The notes: a model not told the origin generated them from the letters alone. A stretch of 64,000 nucleotides of DNA from Anaeromyxobacteraceae bacterium (GCA_047602405.1 JASGHJ010000002.1:416001-480000); one strand, 5' to 3'. Counted from the stretch's first letter, positions 45,429 to 58,598 are shown. A program made the numbers and translations.

Positions 45429-48122
45429 CTACGGCGTGAAGATCGCGGTGACGTTGGTCGCGAGGTGGAACGGGAAGTCGTTGACGTACGGGGAGAGGGA
45501 CTCGAGGCCGTCGTTCGTCGTGGCGATCGCGCTCACGAAGGCGACGTACTCGTTGCCGGCCGTGAGGATCGACTCGGGGAGCTGCAGGTGCGTCGTCGAG
45601 TAGACGTGCCAGTACCCGACCGGCAGGAGCGCGGTCGTGCCGCCCTGGTTCACCACCTGCTCGAGGATGACCTGGTAGCGGGTCGGGGTGCCGAGGGAGG
45701 GGGCGGACCACGCGAGGAGCGGCGTCGTGCCCACGCCCGCGATCGGCTTCGACGTGTCGGTGCCGTTGATCGTCAGCGCCCGCGGCGCGCCGACCACCGG
45801 CGTCGGCGCGGCGGGCGCGGCCGCGGTGGGCCAGTGGCCGTAGGCGGAGAGCTGCGCGAGCGCGGGCACCGAGGCGCCGCTCGCCGTGAACGAGGCCTGC
45901 CAGACGTAGCGGACCCACAGCACCTCGAGCCAGCTCGAGTCGAGCGGGAAGCCGTACGTGGTGTCGACCGCGTAGTCGCCGGCGCCGGTGGGCGTCTGGG
46001 CCAGCCAGAGCGTCGCGTCGACGCCGGTGGGGCAGGGGAACGCCACGCCGTGCGGCAGGGCGTGCACGCGGACCGCCGACCGGAGCGGCGTCACGAAGGC
46101 CGGCATGTCCGCGCCGAGCCCGAGCCAGGGGCTCTCCTGGAAGGTGTACGCGAGGGGGTGCGTCGCGCCGGGGGGCCCGAGGGGGAGCACGAGCGCCGAG
46201 CCGTCGCCGATCAGGGGAGGCGTGAGCTGGGTGACGGCGACGGTGTCGCGGACCACGGTGCCGGGGGCGGTGTTGGCGACGGTCACGGTCCCGAGCTGCC
46301 ACACCCGCAGGGTGTCGCCCGCCGCGGCGTCCGGGAGGCCGGAGCCGGGGAGATCGACCCGCCAGTCGAGCGCGACGCTCCCGCCCGTCGCACCGGCCGT
46401 GAAGGCGGGCGCGAGGAAGTCGCCGTTCGTGCCGGCGCCGGCGCTGATCACGCTCAGGCGATCCGACGCCTGCCACGCCGCGAGCCCGCTCACGGTCAGG
46501 TTCACGGTGGTCGTGGCGGTCGGGAGGGCGGCGGCCTGCCGGCCGGAGACGAAGGTGACGGCCGACTTCACCGGGCTCGCGCTCTCGACGGCCCCGTAGA
46601 CGCCGCCGCCGACCCGCTCGTCGGTGACGAAGAAGTAGTTGCCGGGCGGGACGTCCGGGATGGTGAAGGCGGCCGAGGCGGCGTCGTAGGTCCCCGGGAG
46701 GAAGCGCGTCGTCCCCACCGGCACGGCGCCGACGACGACGCCGGGCGCGAGGCGCGGCGGCCCGGCGGTGGGCTGTCCGAACTCGTCCAGGTACTCCGCG
46801 ATCAGGGTCCCGGTCACGGCGGCCGGCCCGGTGGTCACCCCGCACTCGCCCGCCACCGGGAGGGAGACGCTCAGGCCGTCGAACGTGCAGGTGGAGCCGC
46901 AGGGCAGGCAGAAGCCGAACGACCGGGTGGGGCCGGGCAGCGGGACGCAGAACTGGCCGGCCGCGCAGCCGGTCCCGGTCGTCCCCCCCGGGAAGCAGGT
47001 GTTGCTGTCGACGGGGACGACGCAGAAGGGCGTGGTGGCGGGCGCGGCCGGCGGCGGCGTCCAGTTCTGGCAGAGCCCGGTGGCGCCGCAGGTGCCGTCG
47101 CCCGTCTTGCAGGACGTCTCGAGGCACGCGCAGTCGGCGTCGATCGTGCAGCCGAGCAGGGTCTGCGAGAGGGCGTCCGGGGCCACGAGGTAGATGGGGC
47201 CGGCGTCGGCCACCTCGTCCTCGATGACGACCACCTTCACGCTCGCGGCCGGCGGGTTCACGAGCGGCGCCGCGATGCTCGCCACGTCGCCGTGGCCGGG
47301 CACCGACACCACGTTCGCGGGCGGCGCCGCGAGGAAGATCTCGTGCAGCCCCTCGGGGACGAGGCGGTCCACGACGCCGTTCGCGTCCGGCGTGACCGCG
47401 CCCGCGACGCCCGAGATGGTGACGACCACCTTCGTCGGATCGACGGAGGCGCCGACCGCCTGGACCTTGAAGGTGAGGCGGCCCTGCCCGGCGGCGGGGC
47501 GCATCACGATGGCGGGGAGCTTCATCGCCTGCTGCTGCGCGCCCTCCGGCACCACGAGGTCGACCGGTCCGCCGACGAGGTCGCCGCTCCCGGTCGTCGC
47601 GGCGACGCTCAGCCGGTGCCGTCCGGTGGAGAGCACGGGGAAGGAGAAGGTGTCGTTCGAGAAGCCGGAGAGGGTCGCGGTGAGACCGGTGGTCTCGTCG
47701 ACGACCATCCCGCCCTGCACCCCGAGGGCGCCGGCGCCGGCGAGCGTCCCGGAGACCTCGGCCGAGTAGAGGAGCCGGACGTCGCCGAGCGACACGCCCT
47801 CGGGCTGCCCGTCGCTCCCGAGCGGCACCTCCACGCTCCGCTCGATCGCCCAGGTCGTGCCCTTGCGGAAGAGCAGCGTGTGGCGGCCCGCCGGCAGCGG
47901 CAGCACCACGAAGAGCCCGGTCTCGCGGGAGACCTGGGTGAGGTCGGAGTTCTTGAGGCTGACGGAGATCCCGGCCCCCGGCTCGACGCCCGCGCCGGGA
48001 TCGTACAGCACCCGGCCCCGGACCTCGCCCGCGCGCAGGGCCTCGGCGGGGTTCCGGTACTGGTAGCTGCACGCGGCGAGCGCTGCGCAGAGGAGCGCGG
48101 GAAAGAGGCGGGGGGACCTCAT
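45429..48122 (-). CDS. Large lipoprotein with carboxypeptidase-regulatory-like domains, Cys-rich linker and C-terminal beta-rich region
   Basis: Lipobox LAAC; SYQYRNPAEALRAGEVRGR shared with 43068-44288. Confidence 0.78.
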   Translation of the reverse strand: MRSPRLFPALLCAALAACSYQYRNPAEALRAGEVRGRVLYDPGAGVEPGAGISVSLKNSDLTQVSRETGLFVVLPLPAGRHTLLFRKGTTWAIERSVEVPLGSDGQPEGVSLGDVRLLYSAEVSGTLAGAGALGVQGGMVVDETTGLTATLSGFSNDTFSFPVLSTGRHRLSVAATTGSGDLVGGPVDLVVPEGAQQQAMKLPAIVMRPAAGQGRLTFKVQAVGASVDPTKVVVTISGVAGAVTPDANGVVDRLVPEGLHEIFLAAPPANVVSVPGHGDVASIAAPLVNPPAASVKVVVIEDEVADAGPIYLVAPDALSQTLLGCTIDADCACLETSCKTGDGTCGATGLCQNWTPPPAAPATTPFCVVPVDSNTCFPGGTTGTGCAAGQFCVPLPGPTRSFGFCLPCGSTCTFDGLSVSLPVAGECGVTTGPAAVTGTLIAEYLDEFGQPTAGPPRLAPGVVVGAVPVGTTRFLPGTYDAASAAFTIPDVPPGNYFFVTDERVGGGVYGAVESASPVKSAVTFVSGRQAAALPTATTTVNLTVSGLAAWQASDRLSVISAGAGTNGDFLAPAFTAGATGGSVALDWRVDLPGSGLPDAAAGDTLRVWQLGTVTVANTAPGTVVRDTVAVTQLTPPLIGDGSALVLPLGPPGATHPLAYTFQESPWLGLGADMPAFVTPLRSAVRVHALPHGVAFPCPTGVDATLWLAQTPTGAGDYAVDTTYGFPLDSSWLEVLWVRYVWQASFTASGASVPALAQLSAYGHWPTAAAPAAPTPVVGAPRALTINGTDTSKPIAGVGTTPLLAWSAPSLGTPTRYQVILEQVVNQGGTTALLPVGYWHVYSTTHLQLPESILTAGNEYVAFVSAIATTNDGLESLSPYVNDFPFHLATNVTAIFTP

Positions 48123-48162
48123 CGGGAGGATGGTAACAGGGGAGCGGGCGAGCGGCATGTGA

Positions 48163-49602
<1,440 letters not shown>

Positions 49603-49641
49603 GCCGGAGCCGGAGCCGGAGCCCGGTTCCGGCTCGCCATC

Positions 49642-49659
49642 TGTTGCACCAATGCAACA
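49642..49659. promoter_or_regulatory. Palindromic operator upstream of the YceI-family gene
   Basis: TGTTGCA-CCAA-TGCAACA, AT-rich perfect inverted repeat. Confidence 0.55.
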
Positions 49660-49750
49660 CTGAAGTGCTCTCCGCCATCTGGCGGAACGGCGGCAGGGCC
49701 GGCTAGATCGCTCGGGTCACGCATCGAACCCGAACCGAAAGGATCTCGCC

Positions 49751-50350
49751 ATGAAGAAGCTGCTCCTCGTCGCCGCCGCCCTCGCCCCTGCGCTCGCCTC
49801 CGCGGGCAACACCACCTGGAACGTCGACCCGACGCACTCGAAGGTCGGCTTCGCCGTGAAGCACCTCGTCATCTCGACGGTGCGCGGCGAGTTCAGGAAG
49901 TACGAGGGCAAGGTCGTCCTCGACGACGCCGACGTCACGAGGTCGACCGTCGAGGCGACCATCGACCCCTCCACGATCGACACCGGCGTCGCCGACCGCG
50001 ACGGCCACCTCCGCTCGCCGGACTTCTTCGACGTCGCGAAGTACCCGACGGTCACCTTCAAGAGCACGAAGGTCGCCGCCGCCGGGCCGGGCAAGCTCGC
50101 CGTCACGGGCGACCTCACCCTCCACGGCGTCACGAAGCCGGTCGTGCTCGACGTCGAGACGAGCCCCGAGGTGAAGGGCATGTTCGGCGAGACCCGCCGG
50201 GCCTTCGCGGCGACCACGAGGTTCGACCGCAAGGCGTTCGGCCTCACGTGGAGCAAGGTCGTGGAGGCGGGCCCGGTCGTGGCCGACGAGGTCACCATCA
50301 CGCTCGAGCTCGAGGTCGTGAAGGCGCAGCCGAAGGTGACGCAGCGGTAG
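49751..50350 (+). CDS. YceI-family periplasmic lipid/polyisoprenoid-binding protein
   Basis: WNVDPTHSKVGFAVKH, RDGHLRSPDFFD, GDLTLHGVTK. Confidence 0.95.
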   Translation: MKKLLLVAAALAPALASAGNTTWNVDPTHSKVGFAVKHLVISTVRGEFRKYEGKVVLDDADVTRSTVEATIDPSTIDTGVADRDGHLRSPDFFDVAKYPTVTFKSTKVAAAGPGKLAVTGDLTLHGVTKPVVLDVETSPEVKGMFGETRRAFAATTRFDRKAFGLTWSKVVEAGPVVADEVTITLELEVVKAQPKVTQR

Positions 50351-50361
50351 TCGCCCGGAAG

Positions 50362-50453
50362 GGCGCGACCGGCGCCGCGGGGTGGGCGCCGGTCGCGCCG
50401 CGAACCCACCGTCCACGAAATACGAAGGGCCGGCCCCTGGGGGAGCCGGCCCT
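50362..50453. terminator. Two hairpins between convergent genes
   Basis: 15-bp inverted repeat 50362-50399 and 9-bp inverted repeat 50426-50453; the latter is followed by a T-rich tract on the minus strand. Confidence 0.6.
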
Positions 50454-50479
50454 CCGGTCCGCGGAGCGCGGAGCTTCCC

Positions 50480-51382
50480 CTACAGGTTGGCTGCAGGGGT
50501 GATGGACTTGAGCGTGAAGGCGAGGCTCGCCGACTGCTCCGCCACGATGGTCACGTCGAAGGGCGTGGCGGGATTGGTCGTGATCAGGAAGCCGGTGGGA
50601 CCCTTGAAGGTGACCGTGTAGTCGCCGGCGGTGAGGAACAGGAACTTCGCGGCGAAGTCGGTGCCGTTGTCGGCGAGCGGGACGACGACGTCGGTGCCGC
50701 CGGCCTTCGGCGTCAGCACCGCGGAGAACCCGGCGAGCGTGACGCCCTCGGGCAGGGTGACGCCCTCGCCGAGCCCCAGCGTGACCGTGAGGTCGGTCGG
50801 CTTCGCCTCGTCGATGATCGTGCCCTTCACCACGGGGTGCATGACCCACGCGTCGCTCGAGCCGGCCACGTGGCCGAAGCTCTGCGCGACGTCGAAGTCG
50901 ACGAGCACGGTGGTGGTGCCCGCGCCGACGACCAGCGCGTCGCCGGGGAGGATCACCTTCAGGCCCGACTGGCCGAAGCTCGGCATGCGGAGCTCGCCGT
51001 CCACGACGGCGCCCGCCGGCAGCCCCTCGTAGTCCGGCGCCGACGCGTAGATCTTGCCGCCGACCTCGAGGTAGCCGCCGCTCATCTGGAAGCGGAGCTG
51101 GGTGTAGGTGCCGGCCGGGATCTCCTTGCCGTCGACGAGCGTGTTCACGTCGTTCGCGAGCGTGAGGAGGTCGGTGGTGACGGTCTCGTCGGAGAGGACG
51201 ACGGCGCCGCCCGCGCCCTGGAGGGAGACCTGCGTGATGGTGACGACCGCCTTGTCCACCGGGGCGGGGGCGTCCTTGAGCAGCACGGTGATGCGGCCGG
51301 CCTGCGTGGACGTCGACGTCTGGCCGCAGGCCGCGACGGCGACGGCGAGGGCGGCGGCGAGGGTGAGGCGAGACGAGCTCAT
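50480..51382 (-). CDS. DUF4382-domain lipoprotein
   Basis: Lipobox VAAC; VLLKDAP, DLLTL, GTYTQLR, PS..QSGLK, VDFDVAQS, MHPVVK. Confidence 0.85.
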   Translation of the reverse strand: MSSSRLTLAAALAVAVAACGQTSTSTQAGRITVLLKDAPAPVDKAVVTITQVSLQGAGGAVVLSDETVTTDLLTLANDVNTLVDGKEIPAGTYTQLRFQMSGGYLEVGGKIYASAPDYEGLPAGAVVDGELRMPSFGQSGLKVILPGDALVVGAGTTTVLVDFDVAQSFGHVAGSSDAWVMHPVVKGTIIDEAKPTDLTVTLGLGEGVTLPEGVTLAGFSAVLTPKAGGTDVVVPLADNGTDFAAKFLFLTAGDYTVTFKGPTGFLITTNPATPFDVTIVAEQSASLAFTLKSITPAANL

Positions 51383-51437
51383 GCGTGTTCCTCTCGGGTC
51401 CAGTTGACCAGCGGTGTTTCCGTTGCCGGCGATCAAG

Positions 51438-51454
51438 TGCAACGGCCGTTCCCA
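51438..51454 (-). promoter_or_regulatory. Putative sigma-54 promoter for the DUF4382 gene
   Basis: Minus-strand GGGAACGGCCGTTGCA (GG-N10-GC). Confidence 0.5.
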
Positions 51455-51728
51455 CCCGCCGCGCGGCCGCAAGTTCGTCAGTTCTCGCGGCTCCGCCGCG
51501 ATCCCTCCGCACCCCGGCCTTCGCGGGACGTACGGAACGGGACATGTGGCCGTACCTGACCGGCTCCGCGCGTCATCGCTCTGGGTGAAGGCGCACATGT
51601 GCCGCGCGGGTGCGCGCGGGCCCGCCCCGGCGGGCGGCTCGCCTAACCCCCGGGATCCGGTAGACTCCTGCCGCGACCCGTCGCTGCCGGCGGCGCGCGC
51701 GCGACCTCCAGAACGAGGGGAGGTGGGG

Positions 51729-51744
51729 CGGCACGCCGGTTGCT
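51729..51744 (+). promoter_or_regulatory. Putative sigma-54 promoter for the 51805-56894 operon
   Basis: CGGCACGCCGGTTGCT. Confidence 0.65.
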
Positions 51745-51804
51745 CTTCGCTGTGGAAGCGCGTCGAGGCCCCGGTGCGGGACCTCGAGCGGACCACGAAA
51801 AGCC

Positions 51805-52221
51805 ATGAAGCGTCACCTCTTCCTGCTCGCCACCGCCGCCGTCCTCGCCGCCGCCTCGCCGGCGCGCGCGGACGACGCCGCGACGAAGGCCGCCCGCGAT
51901 GCCCTCGCGGATCGGGCCGGCGTCCCGGCCGCACCGCCCGCGCTCCCCAGCCGGGCGGCCGACCGCGCGGTGGAGGTGCAGGGGGAGATCGCTCACGGCA
52001 AGCAGGGCGAGGCGATGCGGGAGGCCAGCGACGCGGCAGCCGAGCATGGACGCTCGGCGGCGGCGCATGCCGACGCGGCCACGCGCGCAGCAGAGCGCGC
52101 GGCCGAGAAGGCGGCCAGCGCGGCCCAGGCCGAAGCCGGGAAGGCGGCTGGCCAGGCTCGCGCCGCGGAGGCGCGGAACAAGCAGAAGAACAAGCCTCCG
52201 AAGCCCCCTCGTGGTCCCTGA
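51805..52221 (+). CDS. Exported Ala-rich helical hypothetical protein
   Basis: Sec signal (MKRHLFLL...ARA); low-complexity Ala/charged sequence. Confidence 0.7.
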   Translation: MKRHLFLLATAAVLAAASPARADDAATKAARDALADRAGVPAAPPALPSRAADRAVEVQGEIAHGKQGEAMREASDAAAEHGRSAAAHADAATRAAERAAEKAASAAQAEAGKAAGQARAAEARNKQKNKPPKPPRGP

Positions 52222-52227
52222 CGCCTG

Positions 52228-52851
52228 ATGCCCCTACTCCCCGGCTTGGCCGTGCTCATCGGGTCGTTGCTGGCGGCTGAGCCGCCCGCGGCGGACGCGC
52301 ACGTGCTGGCGGGGGCGAGGCTGTTCCGGGAGAACCGCTTCGCCGAGGCGCTCGTCGAGTTCCGGGTCGCGGAGCGGCAGGGCTCCGCCGAGGCGCGCGG
52401 CTACGTGGCCGCCTCGCTCGTGAAGCTCGGGCGTGAGGAGGAGGCGCTCGAGCTGTTCGAGGGGGGCGCGGCCCCGGCCGGCGGGCGCGACGCGCTCCTC
52501 GACTACTACCACGCGCTCGCCTGCTACGGCGCGCGCCTCTACCTGCAGGCCGACGAGCTCCTCGCACGGCTCGGGCCGCGCACCGGCCCGCGCATCGCGG
52601 AGCAGGCCGCGAAGGTCCGCGCCGACATCGCCGCGGCCATCCCGCGGGACCCGCCGAGGGACGCGATCGAGTGGTACCTGGCGCGCTCCGACGCGCACGC
52701 GGCGGCCGGGCGGGGGGCGCTCGCGCTCGCCCACGCGCGGGAGGCGCGCGCCCTCGGGCTGCGGCGGGCGGATTGCTTCGGCGTGGCCGAGGGCGAGGCG
52801 CGCCTCGGCCGCGCCATCCCGGCGAAGGCCACCACGGAGCGCCGGCCATGA
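52228..52851 (+). CDS. Exported TPR-like helical protein
   Basis: Signal peptide; TPR-like patterns (F.EAL.EF, A.SL..LGR.EEA, YY.A...Y). Confidence 0.65.
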   Translation: MPLLPGLAVLIGSLLAAEPPAADAHVLAGARLFRENRFAEALVEFRVAERQGSAEARGYVAASLVKLGREEEALELFEGGAAPAGGRDALLDYYHALACYGARLYLQADELLARLGPRTGPRIAEQAAKVRADIAAAIPRDPPRDAIEWYLARSDAHAAAGRGALALAHAREARALGLRRADCFGVAEGEARLGRAIPAKATTERRP

Positions 52852-54285
52852 CCGGGCTCGTCCTCGCGCTCGCGCTCGCCGTGGGCCCCGACGCGGAGCG
52901 GCCGCGGGAGGGCAGCCCCGCCTGCGCGCCGGTGGAGGCGGCCGCGAGCCCGGATCCCGGCGCGGCGGCGGACTACCGCGCGGTGGCCGAGGCGGAGGAG
53001 GCCGCCGGCCGCGCCGACACCGCCGCCGCGGCCTGGCGCGCGGCCGCGGAGCGCGACCCGGCCGATCCCCGCGCGCGCGCGGCGCTCGAGGCCCTGTGCC
53101 GCGGGCCGCAGCCGGGGCCCTTCGAGCGGGGCCTCGCCCTCGTGCGGGCCGGGAGCTGCGCGGAGGCGCTCGGCCCCCTCGAGGAGGCGCGCGCCGGCGG
53201 CGATCGCGCCGCGGCGCTGCTCGCCGGGATCTGCCACTACGAGGCCGGCGAGGACGCCGCCGCGGGGCCGCTGCTCGCCGAGGCCGCGGCCGACCCGGGC
53301 ACCCGCGCGCCGGCGCGCTTCTTCCTGGGGCTCCTCTCGCTCCGGCGCGGGCGCGGCGAGGAGGCGGCGACGCTCCTCGACGCCGCCGCGGCCGACGCCC
53401 GGCTCGCCCCGCTCGCGGCCGAGCTGTCGCGCACGGCCCGGCGGACGGGGCGGCTCGTCGCCTCGGTGGCGTTCGAGGCGGGGTGGGACTCGAACGTGGA
53501 CCTCTCGCCGGGCGGCTCGCCCATGCCCACGGGCGCCTCCGACACGAACGCGGGCCTCGCCGCCGCGCTCACCTTCGCCCCCCGCGGCGAGGAGGGCTTC
53601 TACGCGCGCGCGTCCGGCCTCCTCTCCGGACAGCGGACGCACGAGGCCTACGACGTCACCGCCGGCGCGCTCGCCGCGGGCTGGCAGGTCGGGCACGGCG
53701 GGCGGGCCGGCGTCCTCGAGCTCGGGTGGGACCACCGCCGGCTCGGCGAGGTGCCGCTCGTGTGGGTCGCGCGGGCGCTCGCCTCGGCGCGGGCCCCGCT
53801 CGGCGACCGGGCGATCGCGTCGCTCTCCTGGGAGTCCGCCCGCGACGCGTACCTCCCCACCGCGCGCTCGGACTACAGCGGCTTCCGGCACGGGCTCGAG
53901 GCCGGCGCCGCGTTCGACCTCGCCGGCGGGGCCGTGGTCTCCGCCGCGCTCCGCGCGGGCCACGACGGGGCCCGCGACCGCTCGCTCGCGATGTGGGAGC
54001 TCGGGCCGCGCGCCGCGCTGCGCCTCCCGCTCGGCCGCGCGCTGCGGGTCGGGCTCGACGCGGGCGCGACCTGGCAGCGGGCGGACGCGACCGATCCCGT
54101 GCTCGGGCAGCGCCGCGAGGACTGGCTGTTCGACGCGACGGGGGCGCTCGAGTGGGATCTCGGCGCCAGCCTGACCCTGCGCGTCTCCTGCGCGGGCCGC
54201 CGCGCGCGCTCGAACGTGGGCGAGCTCTCCTACGGCCGGATCGTCCCGGGGATTCTCGCTCGGCTGGGTGCGGGGGATCCTGTGA
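52848..54285 (+). CDS. TPR plus C-terminal outer-membrane beta-barrel protein (+1 frameshift at ~54253)
   Basis: TPR repeats, then G.DSNV barrel entry motif and amphipathic strands. Removing one T gives a 479-codon ORF ending ISLGWVRGIL*. Confidence 0.7.
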
Positions 54286-55535
54286 GGCCCGGCGCGCCCG
54301 TCGTCGTGCCGCTCGCCGCCGCCCTGCTCGGGCTCGCGGGCTCGCTCGGCGCGACGTACGGGCTCTACCGCGCGGCGAGCGGCGCCGTGGACCGCGTGCT
54401 CGAGGAGCGGCTGCGGGGGGCCGGGGTCACCGCCGCGGAGCTGCTCGCCGACACCGCCGCCACCGGCGAGCGGCTGCGCGGCATCATGGACTCCAACCGG
54501 CTCGACGGCGCCTACGTGGTCTCCCCCGCGCTCGAGGTGGTCGCCGACGCCACCGGCCCCTCGGGCGTGAGGGCCGACCTCCTGCGCGTCGACGCCGAGC
54601 GGGTGCGCGCCGCGCTCCAGGGGCGGATCACGATGGCCCGCGCCTACGACGTGGGCCCCCTCGCCATCGAGACGGCCTACTTCCCGATCCGCGCGCCGGA
54701 CGGGGCGGTGCCGGCGGTGCTCGCGCTCGAGGCGGGCCAGGCCTTCGCGGCGGCCCGGAGCGGGCTGCGCCAGGCGCTCGCCGTCGGCGTCCTGCTCGCG
54801 TGCCTCGGGGCCGTGGCGCTGGGCGTGGTCGCGGCGCGCTTCGCCGCGGCGGAGCGGCGGGAGCGCGACGCCGCCGCGCGGGCGGCGCGGGGCGACGCGA
54901 TGTCGCGGATGGCGGCCGTGGCCGCCCACGAGATCCGCAACCCGCTCGGCATCATCCGTACCGCCGTCGAGCTCGTCCGCGAGCGCGCCGCCGCCACCCT
55001 CGAGCCGCGCAGCCGGGAGCACCTCGAGGACGTGCTCGGCGAGGTGGAGCGCCTGAGGCGCCTCACCGAGGACTTCCTCGATCTCTCCGCCGAGCGGTCG
55101 ATGGCCCTGCACCCGATCGACCTCGCCGAGGTCGTCGCGGACGCGGCCCGCGGCAGCCTGGCCCTGCACCCGGGGCTCGAGGTGCGCGAGGACCTCGCGC
55201 CGCTCCCCCGCGTGCCCGCCGACGCCCGCCGGCTCCGCCAGGTGCTCGCGAACCTGCTCGACAACGCGGCCCAGGCCGGGGCGCGCCGGGTGGAGCTCTC
55301 GGCGCGGAACGGGGCCGGGGCGGTCCAGCTCACGATCCGGGACGACGGCCGCGGCGTCCCCCCCGAGCTGCGCGAGCGGCTGTTCGAGGCCTTCGCGACG
55401 GGGCGGGAGCAGGGGACGGGCCTCGGCCTCGCGGTGTCGCGGCGGCTCGTCGAGCTGCACGGCGGATCCCTCGTGCTGCTCCCGGCCGACGGGCCGGGCG
55501 CGGCGTTTCGCATCACGTTGCCGACGGAGAGGTAG
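54282..55535 (+). CDS. Sensor histidine kinase
   Basis: GTG start overlapping the upstream TGA; two TM helices; AAHEIRNPL, NLLDNA, DDGRG, GTGLGL. Confidence 0.88.
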   Translation: MRPGAPVVVPLAAALLGLAGSLGATYGLYRAASGAVDRVLEERLRGAGVTAAELLADTAATGERLRGIMDSNRLDGAYVVSPALEVVADATGPSGVRADLLRVDAERVRAALQGRITMARAYDVGPLAIETAYFPIRAPDGAVPAVLALEAGQAFAAARSGLRQALAVGVLLACLGAVALGVVAARFAAAERRERDAAARAARGDAMSRMAAVAAHEIRNPLGIIRTAVELVRERAAATLEPRSREHLEDVLGEVERLRRLTEDFLDLSAERSMALHPIDLAEVVADAARGSLALHPGLEVREDLAPLPRVPADARRLRQVLANLLDNAAQAGARRVELSARNGAGAVQLTIRDDGRGVPPELRERLFEAFATGREQGTGLGLAVSRRLVELHGGSLVLLPADGPGAAFRITLPTER

Positions 55536-55544
55536 GAGACCGAC

Positions 55545-56894
<1,350 letters not shown>

Positions 56895-57023
56895 AGCGCC
56901 CCGTTCCACGTGGGGGGCCGTGGGGAAGGGTGCGCCGTGGCGACGCGATGCGCGAGATCTACCCGGACGCCGCGGAGGTCGAGCCGGCGCGGCCCGCGTA
57001 GCGCCGCCCGCCGGGGCGCGCGC

Positions 57024-58273
57024 CTACTGCGCCGCCGCCTGCTGGCGGAGCCAGAGCCCGAGCTTCCGGTCCGCGCCGGTCACGTGCCCGCGGAGCCAGC
57101 CCTCGAGCAGCGTCGCGAGGGTCTCGGCGGAACCCGGGGCGTCGCGCTTCGCGGCCACCTCGGTCACGCGGCGCGCGAACTGCTCGTGCTCCCAGGCGTG
57201 CCCCTCGACGTACGGGTACCCCCGGCTGCGCATGAGGTTCTCCTCGCAGCGGAAGTGCACCGAGATGTAGTCGAGGGCGAACTCGAAGAAGCTGGTCCGT
57301 CTCCTCGCGGGAGGCGTTCTCCCGCACCGCCTCGCCGTACCGCCGCGCGGTCCCGAAGAGCACCTTGTGCTGGGCGTCGATGGTCGGCTCGCCGAGCTCG
57401 AGGGAGGCGTCCCACGCGAGCGGCGCGGCCTGGCCGATCGCCTCCGCGGGCGCGGGGGGCGGCAGGTGCGGCTGGCGGATCCCGTCGAGCCACGCGCGCA
57501 GCTCGGCGAAGGCCTGCAGCCGGACCAGGCCCGGCCCGGGCTCCGGCCAGGTGCCGAGCCCGGTGAGGGCGATGGGCGTCGCGTTGCGGGCGCCGACCTC
57601 GGCGAGCTCGCGGGCCAGCCGGGCGAGGAGGGCGGGGTCCTTGTCCGCGCTCGCGTTCACGAGGACGCCCCCGGCCGGCTCGCGCGCGAGCTCCACGGTG
57701 AGAATCGTGCGCGGTCGCCGGGCCGGCGATGCGGGGCGTCCAGCCGGCCTCGGCCGCGACGAGCTCGCCGAGCGCCGCGCCGTGATGGAGCCGGTCGCCT
57801 GGCGCCGTGGAGATGAGGAGCGACGGCCGGCCGGCGATGGGCGCCAGCGGGTCGGCGAGGCCGCCGAGGGCGACCCGGAGGCGCTCGAGCGAGGCCAGCC
57901 ACTGGACGGCGGTGATCGAGCCCGACTGGCGGCGGCGGTGCAGCTCGATGATGGCGGGCCGGAGGGTGTCCCCGAAGACCGCCCACGAGCCGCTCTCGCG
58001 GCGACCTCGGACCGCGAACGCGGCGAGCTCCGCCACGGTCGTGCTGCGCAGCAGCTCGTCCGCCTGGCCCGCGGCCGGGGTGGGCCCCGACGCGGGCGGC
58101 GCGGCGAGCACCTCGAGCGCGGCGCGGGAGAAGCGGCGATGCCCGCCCTCGGTGCGCTCGGAGGCGACGAGCCCGGCCTGGGCCCAGCGCTTCAGCGTGG
58201 CGACCGAGATCTTGAGCATCGCCGCGGCTTCGGACGTCGTCAGGAACTTGCGGGTCGCGGCGGGCTGTCGCAT
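57024..58273 (-). CDS. MerR/excisionase-type HTH regulator with B12-binding-like middle region and C-terminal hemerythrin (two +1 frameshifts)
   Basis: FLTTSEAAAML.IS..TLKRW...RTEGGHRRF; hemerythrin IDAQH, HFRCEE, HAWEH, WLRGHVTGAD. Removing A at ~57703 and ~57289 gives a 416-codon ORF. Confidence 0.72.
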
Positions 58274-58598
58274 CGGAACTCCTTTCTAGCACGCCGGCGC
58301 GAGCGGCAGCGCCGCTCGCCTGCTCCGCCCGGGCGGGTGCGGCGGGTGGTCGGCGCTCGCGGGGTCGAGCCGACCCCGCGCGGTTCCGCCCCTGGCCGCT
58401 CGCGATCCGCTCGGGTGTACGAGGTGGTACGGGCCACTTCACGCAAGGTGTCGGTAACCCCACGGAGCGTGGACCGGCGACCGGCGCTCGACCGGTTGCC
58501 GTGGCGTCCGGGCGTGCGGCCAGGCAGGGGGTTGCCGCGCTCGACCGGCACCGCGGTCGACGCGCCGCCGCCGAGGGAGAGGCCTCCGAGGGCGGGGC

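Noticed and set aside
51541..51602. Repeated ACATGTG motif (also at ~27545)
   Set aside because: Too short and irregularly spaced to support as a binding site without further data.
52671..55535. 954-aa apparent fusion of a TPR/outer-membrane barrel to a histidine kinase
   Set aside because: An extra T at ~54253 bypasses the stop. The corrected sequence gives a barrel gene ending at 54285 with a GTGA overlap into the kinase.
57700..58273. Excisionase-like HTH as a sign of a prophage or integrative element
   Set aside because: No integrase, att-like repeats or phage genes; the HTH is part of a sensor-regulator.
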